DNA of 53,405 nt from Nemertoderma westbladi. Its lineage: Eukaryota > Animalia > Xenacoelomorpha. Positions 37,701-49,610 of the stretch are shown one piece after another (position 1 is the stretch's first letter; each line of letters starts with the position of its first letter). Both the position numbers and the translations under genes were made by a program. Below the pieces are notes generated by a model. That model worked only from the letters and a program-made list of their open reading frames with translations, was not told where the DNA came from and did no database searches. The DNA is taken from positions 1 to 53,405 of the forward strand of contig JAUCBJ010001362.1 in NCBI GenBank assembly GCA_032718475.1, written 5' to 3'.

Positions 37701-39643
37701 AGTAAGGCGAGACCGGCCCCATTAAAAATCGTCACAATTCCTAGGATATAACTCATGGCAGCTTTATTAGGAGTGAGAATAGGAAGACAGTTAGGAAAAG
37801 CAATTGGAAATATACAAACCTGGTATTTTTGGACTGACTCTACCACTGTTATTCATTATATCAGGACTGACGCACGAAGATTCAAAGTCTTTGTTGCTAA
37901 TCGAGTTGCAGAAATCCAAGAACTAACAGACATCAACAACTGGAACTATTGTCCAACGTCGATAAATCCCGCAGACCAAATATCGAGAGGAATAATTGGA
38001 ACACAGAAGAAGGAAGACGAAGATCTGTGGCAATATGGCCCGTGTACCTCAAGGATGAAGGAAGATGGCCTGAATTTCCAGGAGGTCCACAGGCTCTACT
38101 GGAAGGAGTCAAAGGGGATGACCCGGAATTACGAAGGGAAGTAGTTATGTCAACCACTATAAGAGACAAACCAACAATGACAGAGCGAATACTCCACCAT
38201 GATCGCTCATGGTATGACACTAAACGGCGTGTAGCGCGATGGAGGATGTGGATGGCTTGGATACGAACACGGAAAAGTGGAGGGCCCCGACCAGAACTAC
38301 ATGTGGAAAATGCAGGGATGGCTATCATAAAGTACATTCAACAGGAGGGCTTCCCAGATGAAGTGGAGAAACTAGTGGTTGGAAAACCTATCCCGAAAGA
38401 CAGCAACCTGAGACCATTGAGCCCCATTATGAAGGATGGAGTAGTCTGTATGGGCTCCCGGCTGGGGAATGCTCCAGGAGGGATTGTCCCTGATTGCCCC
38501 ATATTGATCCCGAAAGACTCAGTTATCGTGGATAAGATTATACACGATTCCCATGAAGCCTCACAACATGGAGGTGTGGAAGCAACACTCACGAGGATAC
38601 GGAGGAAATTCTGGATTCCAGCAGTCAGGAGAAGAGTGAAGGGCTGGGTGGAGAAGTGTGTTACCTGTCGCACCATTCGTCGACAGAGGGTGGAGCAGGT
38701 GATGGCACCTTTACCTGCGGAGCGGATAACACCCTATGAGCCACCATTCACAAATTGTGGTGTTGACCTCTTTGGTCCTATTAATGTCAAAGTGGGCCGA
38801 CGATACGAGAAACGATGGGGTTCCATATTCGTGTGTTACGCCTCAAGGGCTGTTGCCCTGGAATTAGTTAAAGATGCAAGCGCAAACTCATTTATTAATG
38901 CACTCAGAAGATTCATTACAATGTGTGGAGCAGTGCGAAGGATTAGCTCTGATAATGGGTCGAATTTCATTGGAGCTAATCGAGAACTTCAAGATCTCTA
39001 CCGGATTGCGCAAACACCTGCTATTGAAGAACATGCAAGGAAACAAGGTGTCAAGTGGAAATTCCATACCCCTTATGCCCCCCATTCTTCAGGAGTCTGG
39101 GAAAGACTTGTAGGAAGTGCTGAGCGGCTCTTAGAGGCAAGCACCCGAAATCGATGCCTTGATGAGGACGCATTCCGCACAGTGTTAGCAGAAACAGAAG
39201 CAACAATGAATGCGCGGCCGCTATGTGCGTTAAATGATGACCCGAATTCTTACGAGGTTTTGACACCAAACCATCTACTATTGAGGAGACCAGTCCAGGT
39301 TTTGAGTAAAGACCTGTTTGACGAGAATGACCTATATTCCAGAAAGACATGGAAAGTAATACAAGTAGTATCAAAGATATTCTGGCGCCAATGGGTAACT
39401 GAATATCTACCAACCCTTCACAAGCGACACAAGTGGCGGGTGGAAAGGAGAGATCTGAAACCGGGAGATCTAGTCATAGTGACAGATGACACCCTAGCGA
39501 AACACGATTGGGTGATGGCCAGAGTAGTGAATTGCCTGCAGGGACCCGATGGGCACACTAGAACAGTCGAATTGAAGACGAGTGGAAAGAAACTTGTAAG
39601 ACGTCCGATAAGCAAATGTTGCTTATTGGAGCAAACTGTCTAA
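31790..39643 (+). pseudogene. gag-pol: BEL/Pao gag-pol polyprotein, broken by frameshifts and a nonsense codon
   Basis: Coiled-coil N-terminal Gag; capsid-like LPQAKPFTFSG...AWEAIEKRYG; Cys/His knuckles (CYLH..H..C, CRRC..C); protease YAFLDDGATISLI; RT YYLPIH, RVVHDAAA, DVEAMFHQV, FGANSSP, FYVDD; RNase H IFSDAS, IPRI*LMAA (TAA at 37749-37751), WTDS, NPAD; integrase H..H..CVTC, GVDLFGP, SDNGSNF, WERLV. Frame changes near 32300, 32650, 33930 and 38040. Confidence 0.95.
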
Positions 39644-40805
39644 TTTATGCCAAAGGCATGGGGGAGGGTCCATGTATACCTCAAATCGTACCTAAATTAA
39701 GATTCATAATATATTATCAAATTTACAAATGAGTAGAAGAAAACTGAACTAGTACTTTAGGATAGGCTGATACCAGTATATAGGTACATTGACTGAATGG
39801 TAACCTGGGGTGAAATTTATGTTTCCGGAACATAAAATGTACGTGTGAAATGAATGAATGGTTATATGACGCAATACTGAACACAGCCCTAATGAACTTG
39901 CAACTTCTCAGTTGTGGAATGAACTGAAGGAATGAATGAATGGAACAATTGTAGTATAAAATGAACTTAAATTATGGGAAACATAGATTTCATTAGCAGC
40001 AACCATAGAACATGAAACCAGCAAATTCCAGAACGTATAATAAAACTTTATAGTGTAACTGACCATTTAGTCAATTATGGATATTATACGTTATTAATGA
40101 TAGTACTTGATCTGGATATCTGGATATAGAAGAATTATCATATATAGGCCTAACTAGCTTATTAGAATTAATCTCAGAGGAGCCGTAATGAGGACTGTGA
40201 TGTGTAAAGGATGCGGTGGCGAAGTGGTACCACGGGGAGAAACATTTAAAACTTGGCTTATGAACTGTCTTGTCTCAGGGTACGAAATGGAGGAACGCGA
40301 AAGTATCGTGACCGCGAATTCTGATAGAAGGGAAGGATTCCCCACCGCAGGAGACCCCATGGGGGGAGTGACCATGGTAGCAGCGACTAGTGGTGACCGT
40401 GGATGGAGCGTTTATGTTCGATTGTTATTACAAAAATAAACGAGGGACCCCATAATCATGAAAGGGAAATACATTATTTGATATGCTCTAACCATATATA
40501 TATATATATAATTGAATGGCACTACTTTTGCAATATGTACCTAGGATGAACTAACTAGCGATTTATCTTGAAGCATTATTGAACTACGAAATATTTCGTA
40601 TATCGGTATTTTAAAAGGACTTGAATGAATTGTAATGAATTTATAGAGGGAAATAGGAAACCACTCATGGTTTGGCAAACCATGAGCGTGTAATGTTGCC
40701 TGGGGGCCTACATCGCGGAATGACAGTTGATATATATATCGTTTTCGGACTCAAACTTTTTAATATAGTCGTGATTTCCTCGAGAAACCATTCATAGTGG
40801 TTTCT

Positions 40806-40813
40806 GGGGGGAG
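40806..40813 (+). promoter_or_regulatory. Polypurine tract GGGGGGAG
   Basis: Ends 2 nt before the 3' LTR start, the canonical plus-strand primer position. Confidence 0.9.
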
Positions 40814-40815
40814 TT

Positions 40816-41609
40816 TGTTCCCGACTATAGTCAGTATTTCATCGTACAGTATGGCCCAAAATTCTTATCACCTGTTATTGCCGTAGAAATTCCATTTTAT
40901 TGAGAGAGAATGTCATGACGTCATAACATGACGTCACAAAAGTAAAAGTATAGTGTATCTTGCATGAAGGCTTGCTCGCCTCATGTTCACGAGAGAATTA
41001 TCATATCCTATAATGAGTGAGTGAATATTAGAACCATTTAAAGTGAAAGGACACATTGACTGAGAGGCAACAATGGAAGTGTAAGGCATCCTCTGGGATT
41101 TACCCTCACCTGTGTATATTGGTGTATAACGTATTATATTTTGGCCCCATTTTCTATGGCCTATTGTTTGGTAAACCAATCCCAGATGGCTTTCCTTCCA
41201 TTCATATATGACAAGAGCAGGATGACATTAGATTCATTCTGTCGATATAACTTTGTAGAAACGTTACATAGTTTTCACCGTTCGTTCGTACGTTCGTTCT
41301 TTCGTTCGTTCGTTTATTGTTTGATTCGACTTGTTTCACGAACTGAACTTTTTGGACTCTATTCAGTGACCTATTGGTCACTGAACTTAACTATTATTGT
41401 TCTAATTGAACTGAACGTACAGTGCATTTGTACTGTACGTGTTATAAATAATTTGTTTGAAGGAAGGAAGCGTCATCATGTGATTGTGCACTGGTGCCGT
41501 TTATACATATTGAATATTAAAGCAACTAGGACTTGAACTGAGTTTTCTTGACGAACGAAACGGACGCGTAGAAACGACGTTCTTAGAGGGAAAGAATATC
41601 GACGGAACA
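40816..41609 (+). repeat. 3' LTR (794 bp)
   Basis: TGTTCC...GGAACA followed by CATCC. Confidence 0.97.
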
Positions 41610-44520
41610 CATCCCCCTTCCACCCCCTGCGCCCCTCCATTCTCTACTTCGACATCTCACCCAACCCCTTCCACCACCCTCCATCCCCCTTCCACCCCCC
41701 TGCGCCCCTCCATTCTCTACTTCGACATCTCACCCAACCCCTTCAACCACCCTCCATCCCCCTTCCACCCCCTGCGCCCCTCCATACTCTACTTCGACAT
41801 CTCACCCAACCCCTTCCACCACCCTCCATCCCCCTTCCACCCCCTGCGCCCCTCCATTCCCTACTTCGACATCTCACCCAACCCCTTCAACCACCCTCCA
41901 TCCCCCTTCCACCCCCTGCGCCCCTCCATTCTCTACTTCGACATCTCACCCAACCCCTTCAACCACCCTCCACCCCCCTTCCACCCCCTGCGCCCCTCCA
42001 TTCTCTACTTCGACATCTCACCCAACCCCTTCCACCACCCTCCATCCCCCTTCCACCCCCTGCCCCTCCATTCTCTACTTCGACATCTCACCCAACCCCT
42101 TCCACCACCCTTCATCCCCCTTCCACCCCCTGCCCCTCCATTCTCTACTTCGACATCTCACCCAACCCCTTCCACCACCCTCCATCCCCCTTCCACCCCC
42201 TGCGCCCCTCCATTCTCTACTTCGACATCTCACCCAACCCCTTCCACCACCCTCCATCCCCCTTCCACCCCCTGCCCCTCCATTCTCTACTTCGACATCT
42301 CACCCAACCCCTTCCACCACCCTTCATCCCCCTTCCACCCCCTGCCCCTCCATTCTCTACTTCGACATCTCACCCAACCCCTTCCACCACCCTCCACCCC
42401 CTTCCACCCCCTGCCCCTCCATTCTCTACTTCGACATCTCACCCAACCCCTTCCACCACCCTTCATCCCCCTTCCACCCCATGCCCCTCCATTCCCTACT
42501 TCGACATCTCACCCAACCCCTTCAACCACCCTCCATCCCCCTTCCACCCCCTGCGCCCCTCCATTCTCTACTTCGACATCTCACCCAACCCCTTCAACCA
42601 CCCTCCATCCCCCTTCCACCCCCTGCGCCCCTCCATTCCCTACTTCGACATCTCACCCAACCCCTTCCACCACCCTCCACCCCCCTTCCACCCCCTGCCC
42701 CTCCATTCTCTACTTCGACATCTCACCCAACCCCTTCCACCACCCTTCATCCCCCTTCCACCCCCTGCCCCTCCATTCCCTACTTCGACATCTCACCCAA
42801 CCCCTTCCACCACCCTCCACCCCCCTTCCACCCCCTGCCCCTCCATTCCCTACTTCGACATCTCACCCAACCCCTTCCACCACCCTCCATCCCCCTTCCA
42901 CCCCCTGCGCCCCTCCATTCTCTACTTCGACATCTCACCCAACCCCTTCCACCACCCTCCACCCCCCTTCCACCCCCTGCCCCTCCATTCCCTACTTCGA
43001 CATCTCACCCAACCCCTTCCACCACCCTTCATCCCCCTTCCACCCCCTGCCCCTCCATTCCCTACTTCGACATCTCACCCAACCCCTTCCACCACCCTCC
43101 ATCCCCCTTCCACCCCCTGCGCCCCTCCATTCTCTACTTCGACATCTCACCCAACCCCTTCCACCACCCTCCATCCCCCTTCCACCCCCTGCGCCCCTCC
43201 ATTCTCTACTTCGACATCTCACCCAACCCCTTCCACCACCCTCCATCCCCCTTCCACCCCCTGCGCCCCTCCATTCTCTACTTCGACATCTCACCCAACC
43301 CCTTCCACCACCCTCCACCCCCCTTCCACCCCCTGCCCCTCCATTCTCTACTTCGACATCTCACCCAACCCCTTCCACCACCCTCCATCCCCCTTCCACC
43401 CCCTGCGCCCCTCCATTCTCTACTTCGACATCTCACCCAACCCCTTCCACCACCCTCCACCCCCCTTCCACCCCCTGCCCCTCCATTCCCTACTTCGACA
43501 TCTCACCCAACCCCTTCCACCACCCTTCATCCCCCTTCCACCCCCTGCCCCTCCATTCCCTACTTCGACATCTCACCCAACCCCTTCCACCACCCTCCAC
43601 CCCCCTTCCACCCCCTGCGCCCCTCCATTCTCTACTTCGACATCTCACCCAACCCCTTCCACCACCCTCCATCCCCCTTCCACCCCCTGCGCCCCTCCAT
43701 TCTCTACTTCGACATCTCACCCAACCCCTTCCACCACCCTCCACCCCCCTTCCACCCCCTGCCCCTCCATTCCCTACTTCGACATCTCACCCAACCCCTT
43801 CCACCACCCTTCATCCCCCTTCCACCCCCTGCCCCTCCATTCCCTACTTCGACATCTCACCCAACCCCTTCCAACACCCTTCATCCCCCTTCCACCCCCT
43901 GCCCCTCCATTCTCTACTTCGACATCTCACCCAACCCCTTCAACCACCCTTCATCCCCCTTCCACCCCCTGCGCCCCTCCATTCTCTACTTCGACATCTC
44001 ACCCAACCCCTTCCACCACCCTTCATCCCCCTTCCACCCCCTGCCCCTCCATTCCCTACTTCGACATCTCACCCAACCCCTTCCACCACCCTTCATCCCC
44101 CTTCCACCCCCTGCCCCTCCATTCTCTACTTCGACATCTCACCCAACCCCTTCAACCACCCTTCACCCCCCTGCCCCTCCATTCTCTACTTCGACATCTC
44201 ACCCAACCCCTTCCACCACCCTCCATCCCCCTTCCACCCCCTGCGCCCCTCCATTCTCTACTTCGACATCTCACCCAACCCCTTCCACCATCCTCCATCC
44301 CCCTTCCACCCCCTGCGCCCCTCCATTCTCTACTTCGACATCTCACCCAACCCCTTCCACCACCCTCCATCCCCCTTCCACCCCCTGCCCCTCCATTCCC
44401 TACTTCGACATCTCACCCAACCCCTTCCACCACCCTCCATCCCCCTTCCACCCCCTGCGCCCCTCCATTCCCTACTTCGACATCTCACCCAACCCCTTCA
44501 ACCACCCTACATCCCCATTC
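41610..44520. repeat. 72-bp satellite, block 3
   Basis: Same unit; richer in 70-bp variants distally. Confidence 0.98.
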
Positions 44521-44698
44521 CCAATACTCGCATTGCTGATGAATGGGGTAAGTTCCATTTTATTTATTATTTTAGAAATTATTGTCGTTTAATCATTTTA
44601 AGTTACTGTAATTAAATTGATATAAAATACAATAAACACTAACGGTAGTTTTAAAGTGGTTCTGCTTGAATTAATCAGGTTATTGTTTCCTATACACC

Positions 44699-45542
44699 AT
44701 AACCCTTAATACAACAACCATTTTTAGGGGGTCGGAGCCCCCCCCCCCCCCCTAATTTTTTTCAAATTTCAATAAAATGCTACGAAATTTGGTATGATGA
44801 TAGATCGACACCTTTTCTTACTGGTGGCCTGGCCGGATTTTTTAATTTATGAGCTATTTCGTTACAACAAGCCGTTAAAAATCGTCTATTTCGCAATATT
44901 TAGCCACCTCTGTCGGCTATATTTTTCGTCTTTGGAATGAAATCTAGATATCATTAGAACCGCCTTCATCTGCAGATTCCGAATATGAAACCCGTTGTAA
45001 ATTTCACCAATAACGTCCAGAGATATTATCAAAATACTCAGGTGTAAATTTTTGTAACGTAAATCGCTATAATTCTAATGTTTTTTTTACTAATTTCTAG
45101 AATATTAATTATGGGTAATGAAAAAACAAGATGGAGAGTTTTAAACGCTCAGCTAAATAATAATTAATATTCTAGAATAAAGACAACAAAATATCAGAAT
45201 TATAGCGATTTACGTCTCTGAATTTACACATTAGTATTTTGATAATATCTTTACCAATTTTTGGTTAAATTTAAAACGGTTTTCAGATTCGGAATCTAAT
45301 TACATTTCAAAGACGTAAAATAAAGTCTACGGAGGTGGTTAAACATTGCTAAATAGACATTTTTTAAGGGATTGTTGTATGGAAATAACTGAGAAATTGA
45401 AAAATCCGGCCAGGCCACCAGTAAGAAAAGGTGTCGTGTCGATCCATCATCATTCCAAATTTTGTAGCATTTTATTGAAATTTGAAAAAAATTAAGGGGG
45501 GAGCTCCGACCCCCTAAAAATGGTTGTTGTATTAAGGGTTAT
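44699..45542. mobile_element. Foldback/MITE made almost entirely of ~410-bp inverted arms; piggyBac-like CCCTT...AAGGG ends
   Basis: ATAACCCTTAATACAACAACCATTTTTAGGGGGTCGGAGC is mirrored at the right end, and arms pair inward to a ~45-bp centre near 45113-45158. Flanks ATAA and TTAT are each one base off TTAA. Confidence 0.85.
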
Positions 45543-46131
45543 TCCCCATTACAAACTGTTTAAAATAACAATACAATGGTGGGCTATGTAAAAAAATATC
45601 CGAATTCGCCCTAGGGAAAATAACCAGTTATTAATCCCATCCCGCTTTTGGTAGCTTAGTTACATCCAATCAATTAGAATATAATAATAAAATATAAAAT
45701 ATTCGCATTTTAATAGGTTCCATCCACTAGCTACCATGGTTACAATTCACAACCACTTTGATTATAACTTAAGGCAGCGAAAGTAATGTACAGAGGTGCG
45801 TGCATACGTGGAAGAGGTATAGTAAATCTGGAACTGATTTTAAAGATTGAGACCTGATAATATGAGCAGAGTTCTAGAAATTCACATTTGCTGCAATTCC
45901 TTCAATGATAAAATGTCCCTTTCATATTCACGCAACTAAAGTTTTACGGTAGCTATGTTTTAGGTAAGCATAGCTATTATTTTCGACACTGGTTCCGTTC
46001 TCCTACTTTCCCGTACAAATTTTTTCATCGTAGCACTTGTTAATTTTTATATATAATTTCAATTTATTATACTGTAGTTCCTTTTAAAAAATATTATTCT
46101 AGAAGGAATACCGTTTTGACTAGAGGTCTGT

Positions 46132-46700
46132 ATAGCACTACATTTTTAAAACATATATCATTGTTACATGGCAACGTTGAAGAGTTGTAGAACAAATGAA
46201 AATAATTATATACTATTCTAAACCATAAATAAAATAAAATAATATTACGTTCTAGAACATATAGCTAGTTTATTTTTAATTTTAAAATAGCTAGTAAATT
46301 AAAAAAAAGTATTTAAATGAATTTCTGAATACATTTAAATGAATATTGAAAATTGTTATATTTCTAACATATACCGGTAGCTATTTTTTTTAATTAAAAT
46401 AGCTATTAAATTAAAAAATTTATTTTTAAATCAATTTCTGAATAGGCCTACATTTAAATGAAAATTGAAAATTTCCAAAGCACCAAACATTAATAAAACA
46501 ATTTTATATTTTTTTAAATTACAAGCTAATTAAAAATTTATAAATAACTAGCTATATGTACTAGAACGTTATATTTTTAATTTTATTTAAGTTCTAGAAT
46601 TAGGGTATAATAATACTGTATAAGATTTATAATTTGTTCTAGGACTCTATAAAATGTTGCCATGGTAACCATGATTTATGGTATAAACATGTAGTGCTAT
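46132..46700. mobile_element. AT-rich degenerate foldback/MITE with an internal ~120-bp tandem duplication
   Basis: Inverted pairs ATAGCACTACA/TGTAGTGCTAT, CATGGCAAC/GTTGCCATG and CATATAGCTAGTT/AACTAGCTATATG; 46250-46355 is repeated at 46362-46473. Confidence 0.7.
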
Positions 46701-47632
46701 GCGGATTCGGAACTGTTACCTTAGTTTTAATATTTTCTTTCTACGTCAAGAGTCAGTCCCCAAATCTGCAAACTGTGATAACAAATGTACGTTATTCAAG
46801 AAAGATCGATCACTAAGGAGACGTGGGGGGGGGGGGGGGGGGCGTTGTTGGACGCAAATCCCAACTCGTCGAATTTATATTTCGTCTTAATGTTAAATTA
46901 AAAATTAAGGGGAATGAGCGTTTACAAATTGCACTCTTATTCTAACCAAAACAATAAGTTAAAGACAATAGAACAGGTTACAGTTGTATTTTTTAGGAGT
47001 AATCAGCTGTTATTTGCTTCGATTTTACCCTGGAGCGGTATAAAGTAAAAAAAATGTAAAATGTTTATTCGGCTGTTAGGCCAGGGATTACGTGCAAAGT
47101 CGGGCGATCTACTGCATTTCCAGTGCGGGCCCCCTCGAACTATACTCCGCAGAGGAAAAGCCAGTACCGGTACTCATTTAGCTACCACTTCAGGATGCAA
47201 GCAAAAATGCGCCCTTGTTACACCCGCTTTTTATTCCGTCGAAAGTCCCATTATCTGTAGCTGGGAAATAAATATGAGAAATAGAGCTATAACATTTACG
47301 CTGTTACCTACTATATAAATACATAATTTAATAAATGTATTGATTGCTCTACTGCAGAAAGGCCACATATGAAAGCATTAAAAATGACTGAAATAATAGA
47401 CATAAAATAAGATTACTGAAATAATGTCTACCATAAGTCATAGTCGTTGAATTAAATCGTATCAATATAGGAAAAAAAATAGTGATAAAATATATATGCT
47501 TAGTTATTTCCCCCCAAAAATACCAAGCCCCATTTTTAATCAACTCCCCCCAAACAAAACCCTTTTAGAAATGTTTGAAGCCTTAGCAATAAATTACTCG
47601 TAGGTGAGTGAAGGTAATGGGGAATAACACAC

Positions 47633-47765
47633 TTATTACCCTATTATTGAGTTATTTTCCCGGTTATTTAACCCTTGGGCAGGAACACCCTCGGGCTTCG
47701 CCCTCGGGTTGTTTCCTGCCCGCGGGTTAAATAACCGGGAAAATAACTCAATAATAGGGTAATAA
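47633..47765. repeat. 133-bp hairpin element with 42-bp perfect outer stem
   Basis: TTATTACCCTATTATTGAGTTATTTTCCCGGTTATTTAACCC and its exact reverse complement, inner GGGCAGGAA/TTCCTGCCC, and a GGGC-TTC-GCCC apex. Confidence 0.95.
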
Positions 47766-48819
47766 ATATAGTTATGGTGTAATAAAGAAGTTCCTTTTAT
47801 TTTGCTTTCACTTCGTATAATTGATAAAAACTCTGCCGTAAGTTGAAATTTGGTCGTGCTGCTGATGTTGTTTACAAAGTTTATTCATAACATAGAAAAT
47901 TATGAATGTTTCAAGTTATTTGTGCCTGATGTAGGCTATTATTGAGTTTTTTTTTATATTGGTGAATGTTCTAGAACTTTAGTATATATTTTTTATGGTA
48001 GCTAGATTTTTTTGAAAATTATTTTGGTGATTAATATATTCTGCACAGTGTAAACCTGAAATATCCATTTTTTTCACATTATTTTTATGATTTCAAAAAT
48101 ACTAGCTAGCAAAAAAACACTAGCTATCATACAAAAACATATCTAACTATAACTACTAACTGTTCTAGAATATTTACAAATACCAAAAAACTTTAAAAAG
48201 TATTACATTCTGGAATTTCTGTGATATAAAATTCCGGGGGCTACTGTCCGGGGGCTATTCCTAATACTACATTGCAATTTGTTAACTATGCTATACGGTG
48301 TGTTATTCAAGGTCTCCAGCGATATTACACCAGTTACACCGCATTTCTGCCGTCCAAAGTCAAAACAACGTAACTACAAATTTATAAATTTCCAGTTTAT
48401 TGTAAAATGATTTATATCAATTAGTTCCATGTTCTCTGTGAAGGAGAACACCATATCTACTATAGTTTAGAATATAGCTAAAATACAAAACAATGTAACT
48501 CACACTTTCAGCTCTGAAAAACGAACAAGATCAACGTAAAAAACTGAAACAGATGAAAAACAAGGTATCTAACATATAGTTAAGTTGTTTTGGTTTTGTG
48601 AACTTCTTGTAAATGTGTAGATACGTTGTTATTGCAAATTTTCCAATATTATTGGGGTTGAGTTACGTTGTTTTGTCTCGAAAATGAGAGGGAAATTTAA
48701 AAATAAATAAATTGCCTACCGTCAGTACGGTACCAGTATGCCTGTACCAGTAGGCCTACACTGTACTTATGGATTAATTTTAAGTTTTTAACTTGAACTT
48801 TTGATACGTTTGTATCACA

Positions 48820-49182
48820 ATGCCTTCTATATATAAACTTAAAGTCACTGATAAAGTTCAAACGCTCTGGCATATGAAATGGTGGCCAGCTGAGGTTATT
48901 AAGGTTACAGGGAAATCTATTAATAAAGTTACTTTCCCAGGCTATTCCAAAAAATGGGATAAAGTATATAAGGACCTGAATAAAATTCGACGGGAGGGTA
49001 AGGTGCAGACTATGGCAGAGGAAGCGATTGAATTCCGTATAGCTACAGGCGTCCTCCAACTGGTAGTTGAACCCAGTCTAGCTACAAGCGTCGTCCCCCC
49101 ACTGGTAGTTGAACCCCGTCTAGCTACAAGCGTCGTCCCCCCACTGGTAGTTGAACCCAGTCTAGCTACAAGCGTCGTCTAG
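48820..49182 (+). CDS. Small ORF with Tudor/chromo-barrel-like N-terminal domain running into a 14-aa repeat
   Basis: ACAATG start. LKVTDKVQTLWHMKWWPAEVIKV...KVTFPGYSKKWDKVY matches the Royal-family barrel pattern by eye. Expression unknown. Confidence 0.5.
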   Translation: MPSIYKLKVTDKVQTLWHMKWWPAEVIKVTGKSINKVTFPGYSKKWDKVYKDLNKIRREGKVQTMAEEAIEFRIATGVLQLVVEPSLATSVVPPLVVEPRLATSVVPPLVVEPSLATSVV

Positions 49183-49569
49183 CTACAAGCGTCGTCCCCC
49201 CACTGGTAGTTGAACCCAGTCTAGCTACAAGCGTCGTCCCCCCACTGGTAGTTGAACCCAGTCTAGCTACAAGCATCGTCCCCCACTTGTAGTTGAACCC
49301 AGTCTAGCTACAAGCGTCCCCCCCCCCCCCCCCCACTGGTAGTTGAACCCAGTCTAGCTACAAGCATCGTCCCCCCACTGGTAGTTGAACCCAGTCTAGC
49401 TACAAGCGTCGTCCCCCCACTTGTAGTTGAACCCAGTCTAGCTACAAGCGTCCCCCCCCCCACTGGTAGTTGAACCCAGTCTAGCTACAAGCGTCGTCCC
49501 CCCACTGGTAGTTGAACCCAGTCTAGCTACAAGCGTCGTCCCCCCACTGGTAGTTGAACCCAGTCTAGC
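49060..49569. repeat. 42-bp minisatellite (CTAGCTACAAGCGTCGTCCCCCCACTGGTAGTTGAACCCAGT), about 12 copies
   Basis: Directly visible; two units have expanded poly-C. Confidence 0.95.
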
Positions 49570-49610
49570 GAACGAACTTACTATTATTGACTGAAACTTA
49601 ATTGTCTTAA

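Larger units (their letters stand above)
30975..41609 (+). mobile_element. Full-length BEL/Pao (Belpaoviridae) LTR retrotransposon, 10.6 kb, coding-defective
   Basis: Paired LTRs, 5-bp TSD CATCC (30970-30974, 41610-41614), PPT, and Gag-PR-RT-RH-IN order with BEL/Pao-type motifs. Confidence 0.97.

Noticed and set aside
37749-37751. TAA in pol as programmed readthrough, and gag frame changes as programmed frameshifts
   Set aside because: The stop replaces the conserved Glu of the RNase H IPRLEL motif (GAA to TAA). BEL/Pao normally has one ORF and this copy has several lesions, so decay or sequence error is simpler.
31735-39615. Numerous minus-strand ORFs within the retrotransposon
   Set aside because: Antisense shadows of the gag-pol coding sequence with no independent motifs.
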